Assembly (NCBI GenBank): GCA_043732305.1
Contig: JAYTHU010000170.1
Span: forward strand, 1 to 64,000
Length of the DNA: 64,000 nucleotides
Direction: 5' to 3'
From: Oligoflexia bacterium
GTDB taxonomy: Bacteria > Bdellovibrionota > Bdellovibrionia > JABDDW01
In this document: positions 30,280 to 41,582 of the stretch, one piece after another
Position numbering within the stretch: position 1 is the first letter of the stretch
Layout of the letters: the number at the start of each line of letters is the position of its first letter
The notes under the pieces: generated by a model
Told to the model about the DNA's origin: nothing
Databases searched by the model: none
Seen by the model: the letters and a program-made list of their open reading frames with translations, nothing else
Program-made: the position numbers and the translations under genes

Positions 30280-32881
30280 CTCCAAATGCTACCGAAATGT
30301 TTTTTTGCGTGAACAATTCTTTTGCTAGTTTGTGCACTTGCTCTGGAGTGATTTTTGTTAAGAAATCAGCGTAATGAAAAGCTTCGTTGCTATCAATTCC
30401 GTAAATCTCATCAAATAAAATCGAGTTAGCTTGTGCGCTATTTCTCTGCAAGCCAATGTGATTTTGGCCAATCAAATATCTTTTTGCTCGCTCAATTTCT
30501 TCCAAGGCAGGTTGAATAGTAGCGATCTTATGGAATTCTTCGTTCAACATGCGCACAGCTTTTGCGCCTTTTTCTGGAGAACAACCAATGTATGCGCCAA
30601 AATATCCAGTCTCCACACCATTCAAATGAATAGGAGCCACGGTGTAAGCGAGTGACGCTTTGTCTCTTAGTTCCATAAACAATCGGCCACCTTGACCAGC
30701 AAGGATCGCTTGAATAATATCGAGAGTAAATCGTCTTTCATCACTCAATGAAATTCCGCGATAACCTAAAATAATGTGAGTCTGTTCTTTCTTCAGAGGA
30801 GAAAAAATTTCTCGAGATTCAGCAAGTTCAGGTACGGCGAATTTCTTGTCTAATCGTGGACCTTTATTCATTCCATTTGAGATTTTATCTATGAAAGCGA
30901 TCATTTCTTTTTCATCAAAGTCGCCCGTCGCCACAAATACAGCATTCTTGGAATTCTTGGTAAATTCAAAGAAGTTTTTAACTTCTTGATCACGAGCTTG
31001 AGTCAAGAACCTCTCTGTGCCTAAAGCATCGCGCGAATAAGGATGACCTTTGAACATGTTCTCCATGAATTTCTGCGAAGCTAGGCTCGAGGGATTATCC
31101 ACTCTGCTTTTCAAATGATGCTGCTGAAGTTTTGCTTCACGCTCAACAATGCTTTGTGGAAATGTGGGTTTTAAAACCACATCGGCATATACATCTTTGA
31201 TCTGACCAAAATAGCTTTTGATGCACTCAAGAGAAAGGCCAATACTATTTCTTCCACCAAAACTTGAGAGGGAAGCTGCGGCACTTTCAACTTTGGTAGC
31301 AATCTGCTCTTCCGTAAAGTTTTCGGTTCCACCCGTCCAAGTGTTGGAAAGAAGAGTTGTGATCCCACCGTTCGTGTCTGATTCGAATCTGCCGCCACCA
31401 AGAAATGCAAGTTTTAAACTCATCACCGGAATTTCGGGATTTCGCTTCATGATCAATCGTGCGCCATTGGAAAAAGTGTGTTTCACAATTTCCGACTCGC
31501 TTGATTTAAGTTTTAACGGGACTTTTATTTCCGGAGATTTGGTAATTTTAACAGTTTTAATTCTAAGCTTTTTCTTTAAGTTTGCTTTTAGATTTTTTTC
31601 TAAAGTCTTGGCTGTCTCAAAAAACTCTTTTTGCGTGAACTTAGGCTCGTCTGCCTTATTTAGAAGCAATGTCACATTTAAGTTATGTGGAGCGAGATAT
31701 TTTCTCGCCACTCGCAATAAATCTGAAGAAGTGAGTTTAGAGACCTGCTTTAGATATTTTTCCAAATGCTCTGGATCTCCCAGCATTGTTTGGAAAGATC
31801 CCACTTTGCGTGCAAGTCCGTCGACAGTTTCTAACCCATAGACTTCATCAGACTGCGTGTTTAATTTCGCGCGTTCCAATTCGTCTTTCTCAACAGGCTT
31901 TGTAATTATTTGCTCGAGCTCCTCTTGGACGATCGCAAAAACTTCTTTGATATTACCGATTTCCATATTCAGGAATACCGCAAAGAGCCCTTGATCTAGA
32001 GGATGATAGCCGCCAGCGCCAACTGAAACAACGAGTGGCTTTTGCAAACGCAGACGTTGCACTAAGCGCGAACTATCCCCTTGTCCTAAAACCATTCCAA
32101 GCATGTCGAGAGCAGCAATATCTTTGCTCGCCATACCGGGAGCTTTGAAAGCGATATTTAAATGCGCGTCTTTAAAATCCGTTTGTTTGTAATTATAAAC
32201 CAGCTGTTTTTGTTTGGGATCTTTAGCGCGTTTAATTTTCTTGAGGCGATTCTTTTTGAAAGGTTCAAAGTATTTTGTGACGAGTTTTTTCAACTCGGGC
32301 TTTTCAAAATCGCCAGTGATGACCAAAGTCATATTCGATGGAACGTAGCGTGCGAAATAATAATCCATGAGCCGTTTGCGAGTCACTTCACGAATATTTT
32401 TTTCATAACCAATGATGGGAATTCCATAAGGGTGTTTTTTAAAAATAGTGGAAAAGAGCTGCTGGCTTGCAACTTGGTTAGGATTATCGAAGGATCGTTT
32501 GATCTCTTCAATGACCACTTCGCGTTCGCGATTGATCTCTTCGTCGTCAAATTTCGGAAATCCCATCATTTGGGATAAAACGTCCATTCCCAGTTCGAGA
32601 TCTTTCTTAGACATAGTCACGTGAAAAACAGTGTGATCGAATGTAGTGTAAGCGTTAAGCTCCCCACCTGACCCTTCTATCTCACGAGCGATCTGACCGA
32701 CACCAAACTTCTCGGTGCCTTTAAAAACCAAATGTTCGATAAAATGGCTGATACCTTCTTGTTTTTTCTTTTCATCGGCACTACCGGTCTTCACCCACAC
32801 CTGAACAGCCACCACAGGGGCTTTGTGAGACTCGACCAATAATACTTTCATTTTATTTTTTAATTGATATTGCGTGAGCAT
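30245..32881 (-). CDS. M16 (pitrilysin/insulinase-family) zinc peptidase, two-module
   Basis: HFIEH (HXXEH), NAYTTFDHT, ELRDKASLAY in the second module. Confidence 0.93.
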   Translation of the reverse strand: MLTQYQLKNKMKVLLVESHKAPVVAVQVWVKTGSADEKKKQEGISHFIEHLVFKGTEKFGVGQIAREIEGSGGELNAYTTFDHTVFHVTMSKKDLELGMDVLSQMMGFPKFDDEEINREREVVIEEIKRSFDNPNQVASQQLFSTIFKKHPYGIPIIGYEKNIREVTRKRLMDYYFARYVPSNMTLVITGDFEKPELKKLVTKYFEPFKKNRLKKIKRAKDPKQKQLVYNYKQTDFKDAHLNIAFKAPGMASKDIAALDMLGMVLGQGDSSRLVQRLRLQKPLVVSVGAGGYHPLDQGLFAVFLNMEIGNIKEVFAIVQEELEQIITKPVEKDELERAKLNTQSDEVYGLETVDGLARKVGSFQTMLGDPEHLEKYLKQVSKLTSSDLLRVARKYLAPHNLNVTLLLNKADEPKFTQKEFFETAKTLEKNLKANLKKKLRIKTVKITKSPEIKVPLKLKSSESEIVKHTFSNGARLIMKRNPEIPVMSLKLAFLGGGRFESDTNGGITTLLSNTWTGGTENFTEEQIATKVESAAASLSSFGGRNSIGLSLECIKSYFGQIKDVYADVVLKPTFPQSIVEREAKLQQHHLKSRVDNPSSLASQKFMENMFKGHPYSRDALGTERFLTQARDQEVKNFFEFTKNSKNAVFVATGDFDEKEMIAFIDKISNGMNKGPRLDKKFAVPELAESREIFSPLKKEQTHIILGYRGISLSDERRFTLDIIQAILAGQGGRLFMELRDKASLAYTVAPIHLNGVETGYFGAYIGCSPEKGAKAVRMLNEEFHKIATIQPALEEIERAKRYLIGQNHIGLQRNSAQANSILFDEIYGIDSNEAFHYADFLTKITPEQVHKLAKELFTQKNISVAFGARDPWAEGSKN

Positions 32882-32918
32882 GTCTTAAACCTTACCTTCA
32901 CCATCATGAGTTTTGGAA
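32870..32918. promoter_or_regulatory. Overlapping bidirectional promoter between the M16 peptidase and hemW (both apparently leaderless)
   Basis: Plus: TTGCGT-17-TACCTT-7-ATG(32906). Minus: TTCCAA-18-TAAGGT-7-ATG(32881). Confidence 0.55.
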
Positions 32919-34093
32919 TATACGTTCACATTCCCTATTGTCTCCAAAGGTGCGTCTACTGCGATTTTGCAACCTACGAGTTCTCTCAAATCCTCAAACC
33001 CGAAGACTATGTTTCGAGGGTGGAGAAGGAAGTGCGGACTAGATCAAAATACATCGGACCAAGAAAACTTGATACACTTTATTTTGGTGGAGGCACTCCG
33101 TCACTCTTGAGTCCACCACTTCTGGGCCGCATCATTTCTGTTTTGCATGAAGAAGGATTCACACTTTCACGCGAAGCTCTTCCAACCGACACAGAAGTCA
33201 CTCTCGAAATAAATCCTGCGACGACCAACGAAGATAATTTATTGCAGTTGCGTGAAATGGGATTCAATCGATTTTCCGTTGGCGCCCAGACGTTTGACGA
33301 GGAAATTCTAAAAATCGCGCATCGAAAACATTCTGCCAAAGATACGCTCATGACACTGGAACTACTCAAAAAACATAACTTAAATTTCTCTGTTGATCTG
33401 CTCTTTGCGCTACCAAAACAAGACATGACTGGCTTGAAAAAAGATTTGGAAATTATCAATAGTTTTGAACCACCCCACGTGAGCCCCTATTGCCTCACAG
33501 TTCCAGAATCAAATCCCATGGCTAAAGGCAGACCGCTCGATGAAATTCAAGTGGAGATGTTCACACTTATAAAAAATGAACTTGAAAAACATGGGCACTC
33601 TCGTTATGAAATCAGTAATTTTTCAAAGCCGGGAGCTGAGAGCAAACACAATATGCTCTATTGGAATGATGACGAATATTGGGGAATAGGCCTCTCGAGT
33701 CACAGTTACATGCATTGGAATGAATGGGGCACAAGATTCTGGAATCCGCGTGGCATCGATCAATACGTGAAGAACACGGATGAGGATCTGGTCTCTTGGA
33801 AAAAAGACGATCTCCATGAGAATTTAGCGCAGAATCAAGCACTCACAGATTACAGCCACACTTCGCTGAGGAAAAAAGAAGGCATCAGTTATGAGAAGTT
33901 CCTGACAAAGTTTGGTTTAAGCTTTCCCACTTTTGCAGAAAAAAGCATCAAAAAGATGGTTGGTAGAGGTTGGGCAAAAGAGGATGAAAACCATCTCAGA
34001 CTCACAGATGAAGGAATTCTCCTCTCCAACCAGGTTTTTGAGGAATTTACCTACCTTAAAGACCCCAGCGCAGTTGACAAAAAGGCCAAGTAA
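32906..34093 (+). CDS. hemW: Radical SAM heme chaperone HemW (HemN-like)
   Basis: IYVHIPYCLQRCVYCDF, YFGGGTPS, YEISNF, HNMLYW. Confidence 0.92.
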   Translation: MSFGIYVHIPYCLQRCVYCDFATYEFSQILKPEDYVSRVEKEVRTRSKYIGPRKLDTLYFGGGTPSLLSPPLLGRIISVLHEEGFTLSREALPTDTEVTLEINPATTNEDNLLQLREMGFNRFSVGAQTFDEEILKIAHRKHSAKDTLMTLELLKKHNLNFSVDLLFALPKQDMTGLKKDLEIINSFEPPHVSPYCLTVPESNPMAKGRPLDEIQVEMFTLIKNELEKHGHSRYEISNFSKPGAESKHNMLYWNDDEYWGIGLSSHSYMHWNEWGTRFWNPRGIDQYVKNTDEDLVSWKKDDLHENLAQNQALTDYSHTSLRKKEGISYEKFLTKFGLSFPTFAEKSIKKMVGRGWAKEDENHLRLTDEGILLSNQVFEEFTYLKDPSAVDKKAK

Positions 34094-34102
34094 AACCATA
34101 TT
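34074..34102 (+). promoter_or_regulatory. sigma70-type promoter for grpE-dnaJ
   Basis: TTGACA-17-CATATT at the hemW 3' end. Confidence 0.6.
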
Positions 34103-34117
34103 CGGGAATGAGGTGTT

Positions 34118-34702
34118 ATGTCTGAAAATACAAAAAAAAATGATCCAAATACCGACAATGTATTCAACTTGCCCGACGAAGTAGCTACTGAAGCTACGGT
34201 TGGCGGCGATGAAGCTGGCGACTCTTCGATGAACGCTTCGTCTGATTCAATTGCAAAACTCCAAGCGGAAAACACTGAGTTGCGAAAGCAATATCTCTAT
34301 CTGCGTGCTGATTTTGATAACTATAGAAAACAAATGCTCAAGGAACGTTCTGATCTGGTGAAGTTTGGATCCGAACCCATTTTGCGAGAATTTCTAAATA
34401 TCTTGGATGATCTCGAGCGAGCCGCAAATTCTGAATTGAAACCTGAAACAATGGAATCTTTCAAAAATGGTGTCACTTTAATCGTGAATCAGTTCAAGAA
34501 AGTTTTTGATCGATTCGGAGTGGAAGAAGTTGAGAGTCATGGAAAAGTTTTTGACCCTCAGATTCATGAAGCCCTTGGCTCATTGGACAGTCCCGAATTT
34601 CCCCCAAATTCCGTAACCCAAGTTTATAAAAAAGCTTACAAGCTACACGGTAAAGTCATCCGACCCGCACAAGTCATGGTCAACTCCTCAAAAGGCGAAT
34701 AA
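34118..34702 (+). CDS. grpE: Nucleotide exchange factor GrpE
   Basis: [34 protein letters not shown]. Confidence 0.95.
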   Translation: MSENTKKNDPNTDNVFNLPDEVATEATVGGDEAGDSSMNASSDSIAKLQAENTELRKQYLYLRADFDNYRKQMLKERSDLVKFGSEPILREFLNILDDLERAANSELKPETMESFKNGVTLIVNQFKKVFDRFGVEEVESHGKVFDPQIHEALGSLDSPEFPPNSVTQVYKKAYKLHGKVIRPAQVMVNSSKGE

Positions 34703-34707
34703 GTAAA

Positions 34708-35841
34708 ATGGCTAAAAGAGATTACTACGAAGTTTTGTCTGTTGTGAAAACAGCATCGGGCGATGAATTAAAAAAAGCGTATCGCAAACTCGCAATGCAA
34801 TATCACCCGGATAAAAACCCCGGAGATAAAATTTCCGAAAATAAATTCAAAGAAGTCTCCGAAGCTTATGAAGTTTTAAGCGACGATAAAAAACGCCAAA
34901 TGTATGATCAGTTTGGCCACGCGGGCTCAGGAATGGGCGGCGGTGGATTTGGCGGTCAAGGATTCGGTGGAGACGCCGGCGGGTTCCAAGATCTTTTCAA
35001 TGACGTTTTCGGCGATATTTTCGGCGGAGGCCAAAGAGGCGGAGGCGGTAGACGTGAACGCGGGAAACCTCGGGGAGCCGATCTAAGATACACTTTAAAT
35101 GTAAGTTTCGAAGAAGCTGCAATCGGCAGCGAAAAACAAATCAATTTCATGCGCAACAAGAGTTGCAACACGTGCAAAGGATCAGGAAGCAAATCCGGGT
35201 CTGGGCGAACCACTTGCACCCAATGTCACGGCCAGGGTGAAGTGCGATTTCAGCAAGGCTTCTTTGCAGTCTCTAGACCTTGCACACATTGCGGAGGTTC
35301 AGGCCAAATCATAAAAGATCCCTGCAACACTTGTCACGGTGAAGGGGTTGTTCAATCCGCTTCAAAACTTTCGGTTAGCGTTCCTGCTGGAGTGAACACT
35401 GGCCAAAGACTTAAATTAAAAAATGAAGGTGACGCTGGACCCCAAGGAGGAACTCCAGGGGATTTGTATGTTGTGATTCAACTTTTGGAACATGCTTTAT
35501 TTGAAAGACAAAATGACGATGTCGTTTGTGAACTTCCCATAAGTTTTACTGAAGCAGCGCTTGGAACCGAAACCAGCGTGCATACTTTAAACGGAAGCGT
35601 ATCTTTGAAAATTCCTGCTGGCACTGCGAGCGGAAAAGTCTTTAGAATAAAGGGCAAAGGTTTTCCACATCTCGGCGGTTTTGGCGCGGGTGATATCTTT
35701 GTCAAAGTAGTCGTCGATGTTCCCAATCATCTTTCAAGTGAGGGCAAAGAGCTCCTCAAGAAATTTGATCAACTCGGGGAAGACACTCCTTTGAAAAAAC
35801 AATATAAGGACAAGATTAAAAATCTCCCAAGGAATTCATGA
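34708..35841 (+). CDS. dnaJ: Chaperone DnaJ
   Basis: J-domain HPD, G/F region, four CxxCxGxG repeats. Confidence 0.98.
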   Translation: MAKRDYYEVLSVVKTASGDELKKAYRKLAMQYHPDKNPGDKISENKFKEVSEAYEVLSDDKKRQMYDQFGHAGSGMGGGGFGGQGFGGDAGGFQDLFNDVFGDIFGGGQRGGGGRRERGKPRGADLRYTLNVSFEEAAIGSEKQINFMRNKSCNTCKGSGSKSGSGRTTCTQCHGQGEVRFQQGFFAVSRPCTHCGGSGQIIKDPCNTCHGEGVVQSASKLSVSVPAGVNTGQRLKLKNEGDAGPQGGTPGDLYVVIQLLEHALFERQNDDVVCELPISFTEAALGTETSVHTLNGSVSLKIPAGTASGKVFRIKGKGFPHLGGFGAGDIFVKVVVDVPNHLSSEGKELLKKFDQLGEDTPLKKQYKDKIKNLPRNS

Positions 35842-37838
35842 TTAAGAAAATTGGTTTAGGGTTATTGGCAGTATTGATTTTAAATTCGTGCTCCACCGCT
35901 CCAACGGAGCCCCAAGCCAAACCAGCCGCTTTAAAAGCGCCACCGAAAGCGCAAAAAGAATATCGCGAAGCTGTTGATCTTTATCATGCTAAGAAAACTC
36001 AAGAAGCACTCAAAAAATTAAGTCATATAGTTCAAGCTTATCCAAACGTCGATTTGGCCAATGAGTCTTATTTCTTGGTTGGAGAAATTTTCTACGAACA
36101 AGCTGACTTTTTCAAAGCTTACCGTTACTGGATGGCGGTTGTGGACAGCCGAAGCTATTCAGAACACTACGCGAAAGCGTTGGTGGGAGCGGCTCAGTGC
36201 CAATCACAATTGGGCCACGGTGAAGAAGCCCTCGCTTTGATTTCAAAATACAAAGTTAAATATCCGGAAGCCGGCAAAGTTCTTTCCGCCTCTGATCTGA
36301 ATCTCAATGCTCAAGCTCTAGAACTTTCATCTAAATTAAAACTGCCGCGTGGAATGAATGTTGATGCTCTCAGAGAAATTCTTTTAGCTAAAACTTTTCG
36401 CCGAACACCACAGGACCGTCAAAATCTTCAGATGACAGCTGAAGAAATGATTCGTACTAACTTTAGTCAGGCACAACTGCAGAGTGTAGTTGATCAACCC
36501 GAATTTACAGATGCCGAAGCCGCGGCGAGATTTCGTATTGGCGTTTTAAACTACGAAGCTAAATCTTGGCCTGCCGCCAAAGCACAGTTTGATATTGTAA
36601 CCACAAAGTTTCCTAATTCCGAATATGCTCTGAAAGCTCAGCAGTACCACGCGTTTGTTGAATCTCAAGAACGTATTGATTCTAACACTATCGGCGTGAT
36701 TTTACCTCTCACGGGCAAATATTCAGCCCAAGGCTATAAAGTTTTACGTGGCATAGAAATGGCGGCCGGGGTTTTTGGTCACAGTGGTTCTCCAGTAAAA
36801 CTCGCGGTTGTGGATAGCGAAGGCAATCCTGAAGTTGTGAAACAAGCTGTTGATCGATTGGTGACCGAAGATCATGTGGTTGCGATCATCGGAGATATCG
36901 CTGCTAAAACGGCACAAGTGGTTTCTCAAAGGGCTCAAGAGTTGGGTGTTCCAAATATCACACTTTCGCAAAAACAAGGTCTGACCGAAATTGGAAACTT
37001 CATTTTCAGAAATAATCTAACACCAGATATGCAAATGCGCGCCCTCGTGAAGTACGCCATGGAAGTTCGCGGATACAAAAAATTTGCGATTATCTATTCT
37101 AACGATGCTTACGGAACGGAATACGCTTCTGCTTTTTGGGACTATGTGCGATCTCGCGGTGGGAAAATCACCGCGGCTCAAACTTATGCTCCAAATGAAA
37201 CTGACTTCAGGCATGCGGTCCAACGTTTAGTGGGCACATATTATTTTGATGAGGACCGAGGTCCAGAATTAAAAGTTCGACTGCAAGATTGGAAAAAGGA
37301 ACAAACAAAAAAAGGCACCAAAGAGAAATCACCGAAAGATATTCTCCCTCCGATTGTGGATTTCGATGCGATCTTTATTCCGGATAGTCCAAAAGCCTTG
37401 GGACAAATAGCGCCAATGCTTTCATACAACGACGTCGATAAAATTCCTTTGATCGGAACCAATCTTTGGAACACTTCACAGACCTTGGATAGAGCTGCAA
37501 AATTTGTGGATCACTCCCTTTTTATTGACGAATTTTTTACCCAGGACACGAGTTCAACCACAAAAAAATTCACAGCAGATTTTCAAAATCAGTTTGGTTA
37601 CAGCCCCGATGTTTTCGAGATTCAGGGCTTTGATTCTGCCCAAATTCTAATTTCCGTTCTGCAAACTTCCAGTATTTCTTCCCGAAATTCTATGCGCGAA
37701 AATCTAGCTAGAGCCAGCCGTGTGCCAGGCGCTCTGGGTTTTCTCAACATGACACAATCTCGGGATATAGAAAAAAACCTTATTCCACTAACCGTTCGCA
37801 ACGGTCAAATCGTCAAAGCAGACAACGAGTCTCCCTAG
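35838..37838 (+). CDS. LpoA/LppC-like penicillin-binding protein activator lipoprotein (TPR + periplasmic binding fold)
   Basis: Lipobox LNSC, TPR-like helices, [18 protein letters not shown]. Confidence 0.8.
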   Translation: MIKKIGLGLLAVLILNSCSTAPTEPQAKPAALKAPPKAQKEYREAVDLYHAKKTQEALKKLSHIVQAYPNVDLANESYFLVGEIFYEQADFFKAYRYWMAVVDSRSYSEHYAKALVGAAQCQSQLGHGEEALALISKYKVKYPEAGKVLSASDLNLNAQALELSSKLKLPRGMNVDALREILLAKTFRRTPQDRQNLQMTAEEMIRTNFSQAQLQSVVDQPEFTDAEAAARFRIGVLNYEAKSWPAAKAQFDIVTTKFPNSEYALKAQQYHAFVESQERIDSNTIGVILPLTGKYSAQGYKVLRGIEMAAGVFGHSGSPVKLAVVDSEGNPEVVKQAVDRLVTEDHVVAIIGDIAAKTAQVVSQRAQELGVPNITLSQKQGLTEIGNFIFRNNLTPDMQMRALVKYAMEVRGYKKFAIIYSNDAYGTEYASAFWDYVRSRGGKITAAQTYAPNETDFRHAVQRLVGTYYFDEDRGPELKVRLQDWKKEQTKKGTKEKSPKDILPPIVDFDAIFIPDSPKALGQIAPMLSYNDVDKIPLIGTNLWNTSQTLDRAAKFVDHSLFIDEFFTQDTSSTTKKFTADFQNQFGYSPDVFEIQGFDSAQILISVLQTSSISSRNSMRENLARASRVPGALGFLNMTQSRDIEKNLIPLTVRNGQIVKADNESP

Positions 37839-38030
37839 ACTAAAATCAAGAGGATTTTGGAACAGGGCATTAAAAATGACTCAATTAAAGTTGTCTGTTC
37901 TTGTATTTTTTTAGTGACATAAATACATGGTCAGAATACAAAACTTACAAAGTCTGTACGTTATTATCGTTTAGGGGGGTTTTAGCAGTTCCAGTTTCGC
38001 TATCAACATTTTACGCTAGGGGGGGAAACC

Positions 38031-38396
38031 ATGCGTGCGAAAGAAATGGATAAGTTTAGAAAGTTACTCGTGTTCCAAAAAGAGGAGCTTCTCAATAACA
38101 CTCGGAAGCTAATCAGAGAAGAGGCTTCACATAGCCCAGATGATCTAGCTGACGAAGCCGATCTAGCAGTGAGCGGGGTCATTCAAAATTTGACCCTGAG
38201 ACTACGTGACCGCGAGAGAGTTTTGCTTTTGAAAATCGAGGGGGCCTTGGGGAAAATCGAAAATGGCTCTTACGGCGTTTGCGATTGCTGCGAAGAAGAC
38301 ATTGAGGCTAAACGCCTTGAAGCTCGACCTGTCGCCACCATGTGCATCACTTGCAAAGAAGAGCAAGAACACAAAGAACGGGTATTTGCATATTGA
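38031..38396 (+). CDS. dksA: DksA/TraR family protein, C4 zinc finger
   Basis: DEADLA coiled-coil tip; YGVCDCC...RLEARPVATMCITC. Confidence 0.9.
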   Translation: MRAKEMDKFRKLLVFQKEELLNNTRKLIREEASHSPDDLADEADLAVSGVIQNLTLRLRDRERVLLLKIEGALGKIENGSYGVCDCCEEDIEAKRLEARPVATMCITCKEEQEHKERVFAY

Positions 38397-38411
38397 GAAT
38401 TACAAATGGAA

Positions 38412-38446
38412 ACGCCGTACTCTAAAAAGTACGGCGTATTTTTTTT
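38412..38446 (+). terminator. Intrinsic terminator between the convergent dksA paralogues
   Basis: ACGCCGTACT / AGTACGGCGT stem followed by a T-run; short T-run on the opposite strand. Confidence 0.85.
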
Positions 38447-38453
38447 CTTAAAG

Positions 38454-38882
38454 TTATTTAGCGTATTTGCGATTGATAGCTTCGCGGATCTCGGCACCTT
38501 CGATGCTCAACCGCGTCCATGGAATGGCAAGTAGTCTTTGAGGCTCGATAGGCTCATCTGTCTCTTCGCAATTGCCGTAGGCTCCGCGTTCGACTCTATC
38601 TAAAGCATTTTCGATTTCTAGAAGCTGATTTCGCAATCGTGAATTCATCGCGAGAGAACTTTGCTCAGCAATATGACGGCTCGACATGTCTGCTTCATCA
38701 CCCGTCGTTTCCAGAACGACAATCTCTAATCGCATTTGCGCAAAACGATTTAGAATCTCGGTTTTCGTTTCTAATAATTTCTTTTTACAATCGAGAATCA
38801 ATGCAGGAGTAATCTTAGCCATCTTTTTAGATGGTTGTGGTTTTGAAGTCGGAACGACTTTCATTTTTGCAGGCATATCCAT
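38454..38882 (-). CDS. DksA/TraR family paralogue with degenerate (one-Cys) finger
   Basis: GDEADMS tip; YGNCEETDEPI...RLLAIPWTRLSIEG. Confidence 0.85.
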   Translation of the reverse strand: MDMPAKMKVVPTSKPQPSKKMAKITPALILDCKKKLLETKTEILNRFAQMRLEIVVLETTGDEADMSSRHIAEQSSLAMNSRLRNQLLEIENALDRVERGAYGNCEETDEPIEPQRLLAIPWTRLSIEGAEIREAINRKYAK

Positions 38883-39146
38883 ATCCCCCTATGAAAAAAT
38901 CAATCTCATCCCCATGAGATCTTCCGTTTATTGTATGCACGAGCTAGACATTTGGCACGGCAATTTTAAATTACGAAGTAAATCTCGTCTAAGGTCGTGG
39001 GTTATTGTTGAAGCCGCCAAATTCTTGGCAGAGCAAGAGACCGGAAATGTGGTCCAGAGGTAGAATTCCGCTCATTTCGCTTATTAATTTTTAATCAGCT
39101 CCGATGAAGTACTTAGAAACAACTGACTCTTTTGGAGGCACACAAA

Positions 39147-41576
39147 ATGACTTTCGACGACAAATCACTTGAGATTCCTGAAACAATGCCCATGCTGCCG
39201 GTACGGGATATCGTTGTCTTTCCATACTCTGTACTCCCGCTCTTCGTAGGCAGAGATGCTTCCGTAAAAGCAGTGGAAGAAGCATTGCTAGATAAAAACC
39301 GACTCATCTTCTTGGCTTCTCAAAAAGAAATCACTGAAGAGAATCCTTCGGCCGACACCATCTACAATGTCGGAACAATCGCAATGATCATGCGAATGAA
39401 GAAACTCCCCGATGGACGAGTGAAAATTCTCATTCAGGGTGTCGCGAAAGGCAAAATTGAAAGCTTCGCGCAAACCGAACCTCACTATGTGGTGAAAGTC
39501 ACAAAGCTTGAGGAAGGATCATCCACTGTACCTAGTATTGAAGTGGAAGCCCTGATCAGAACAGTGAAAGAAAATCTTGAGAAAATTATTTCTCTCGGCA
39601 AAGTTCTCTCACCTGATATTTTGATGATCTTAGAAGATGTCACTGATCCCGGTCGCATTGCAGATTTAGTCGCCAGCAACTTGGGATTAAAAGTTATTGA
39701 TGCACAATCGATTCTTGAAACCATAAATCATCGTGAGAGATTAAAACTCGTCAACGATTTCTTAGTGAAAGAATTAGAATTGCTCGCTATGCAAGCACGC
39801 ATCCGATCACAAGCTAAAGACGAAATGACTCGCTCACAGAAAGAATATTTCTTGCGTGAACAATTACGCGCTATCAAATCTGAACTTGGCGAACAAGATT
39901 CTAAGGCGGAGGAAATAGACGAATTACGTGAAAAGGTAGAAGCCTGCAATATGCCCGAAGCCACCGAGAAAGAAGCTCTGAAGCAAGTTTCTCGCCTGGA
40001 AAGAATGCATCCCGATGCCTCTGAAGCTACTATGGTCAGAACCTATATTGACTGGTTAGTGGATATGCCTTGGTCTAAATCATCTGAAGACAATTTTGAT
40101 TTAGAAAGAGCGCAAGCTATTCTAGATGAAGATCATTTTGATTTGAAAAAAATCAAAGATCGTATTTTAGAATTCATGGCCGTCCGAAAGCTCAAACACA
40201 AAATGAAGGGTCCCATCCTTTGTTTCGCAGGTCCCCCTGGAGTTGGTAAAACTTCTCTTGGAAAAAGCATTGCACGTTCGATGGGCCGTCAGTTTGTACG
40301 CATCTCACTCGGCGGAGTCAAAGACGAAGCTGAAATCCGTGGACACAGACGCACTTATGTTGGAGCGATGCCCGGGAAAATTGCACAAGCACTTAAACAA
40401 GCTGGAACCAACAATCCTATTTTTCTGCTCGATGAAATCGATAAGATGGGTGCAGACTTCAAAGGTGATCCTTCATCGGCGATGCTCGAAGTTTTGGATC
40501 CTGAGCAGAACTCAACTTTCCGTGATCACTATCTGAATTTAGATTTCGATTTGAGCAATGTCATGTTCCTTGCAACTGCTAACGTGCTCGAAACTATTCC
40601 TCAGGCTTTAAGAGATCGAATGGAAATCATTCAGCTCTCTGGATACAGCGAAGAAGAAAAATTAATTATCGCTCGCAAGTATCTTGTGAAAAAGCAAATG
40701 GAAGAAAACGGAATCACTGAAAATAACATTGAGTTCACAGACGAGGGTTTAGCTAAGGTCATCTCTAGCTACACTCGTGAAGCAGGCTTACGTAATCTCG
40801 AGCGTGAGATTGGTAGCGTATGCCGAAAAATTGCTAAAGACGTAGCTCAAGGTAAACAAGAAAAAGTTATCATCACGGCCAAAGTTGTTGAAAAACTCTT
40901 AGGTGCTGAGAAACACATGCATGAAGATATCATGGAAAAAAATGAAGTTGGAGTCGCAACCGGTCTTGCTTGGACACAAGTGGGCGGAGAGATTCTCTAC
41001 ATCGAGGCCACCAAAATGAAGGGCAAAGGTCATCTGACTTTGACTGGGCAGCTTGGAGACGTCATGAAGGAATCAGCATCTGCAGCTCTAAGTTTTATCA
41101 AGAGCCATGCAGAAGGTTTCAACATTCCTGATAGTTTCTTTACCGATTATGACATTCACATTCATCTTCCCGCAGGAGCTATCCCCAAAGATGGTCCCTC
41201 AGCCGGAATCACTTTGACCACAGCTATGGTGAGTTTAATCACCGGGATTCCTGTGCGAAGAGATGTCGCGATGACAGGTGAAGTGACTCTGCTCGGAAAA
41301 GTTCTTCCCATCGGTGGACTCAAAGAAAAATCTTTGGCCGCGATGAGACACGGGGTTAAGGATGTTTTGATTCCTTTCCGTAATGTGAAAGACTTAGAAG
41401 AGATCCCTGAAGAATTTAGAAAGAAACTAAACTTCATTCCTGTGAAGAGTATCTTTGAAGTTCTCGATGTGGCTCTTGAGAGAAAAGTTTCTTACCACCA
41501 CGTGAAAGAAATTGGCATCGCGAGTGGAACGGCCGGCGGAAAACGTAAAAATCGCCTGGTTGCAGGCGCAGCTTAA
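39147..41576 (+). CDS. lon: ATP-dependent protease La
   Basis: LPVRDIVVFP, GPPGVGKTS, IRGHRRTYVGAMPG, PKDGPSAG, IGGLKEK. Start set after GGAGG. Confidence 0.98.
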   Translation: MTFDDKSLEIPETMPMLPVRDIVVFPYSVLPLFVGRDASVKAVEEALLDKNRLIFLASQKEITEENPSADTIYNVGTIAMIMRMKKLPDGRVKILIQGVAKGKIESFAQTEPHYVVKVTKLEEGSSTVPSIEVEALIRTVKENLEKIISLGKVLSPDILMILEDVTDPGRIADLVASNLGLKVIDAQSILETINHRERLKLVNDFLVKELELLAMQARIRSQAKDEMTRSQKEYFLREQLRAIKSELGEQDSKAEEIDELREKVEACNMPEATEKEALKQVSRLERMHPDASEATMVRTYIDWLVDMPWSKSSEDNFDLERAQAILDEDHFDLKKIKDRILEFMAVRKLKHKMKGPILCFAGPPGVGKTSLGKSIARSMGRQFVRISLGGVKDEAEIRGHRRTYVGAMPGKIAQALKQAGTNNPIFLLDEIDKMGADFKGDPSSAMLEVLDPEQNSTFRDHYLNLDFDLSNVMFLATANVLETIPQALRDRMEIIQLSGYSEEEKLIIARKYLVKKQMEENGITENNIEFTDEGLAKVISSYTREAGLRNLEREIGSVCRKIAKDVAQGKQEKVIITAKVVEKLLGAEKHMHEDIMEKNEVGVATGLAWTQVGGEILYIEATKMKGKGHLTLTGQLGDVMKESASAALSFIKSHAEGFNIPDSFFTDYDIHIHLPAGAIPKDGPSAGITLTTAMVSLITGIPVRRDVAMTGEVTLLGKVLPIGGLKEKSLAAMRHGVKDVLIPFRNVKDLEEIPEEFRKKLNFIPVKSIFEVLDVALERKVSYHHVKEIGIASGTAGGKRKNRLVAGAA

Positions 41577-41582
41577 GCTTTT

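Noticed and set aside
38952..38970. sigma54 site TTGGCACGGCAATTTT upstream of lon
   Set aside because: No GC at -12.
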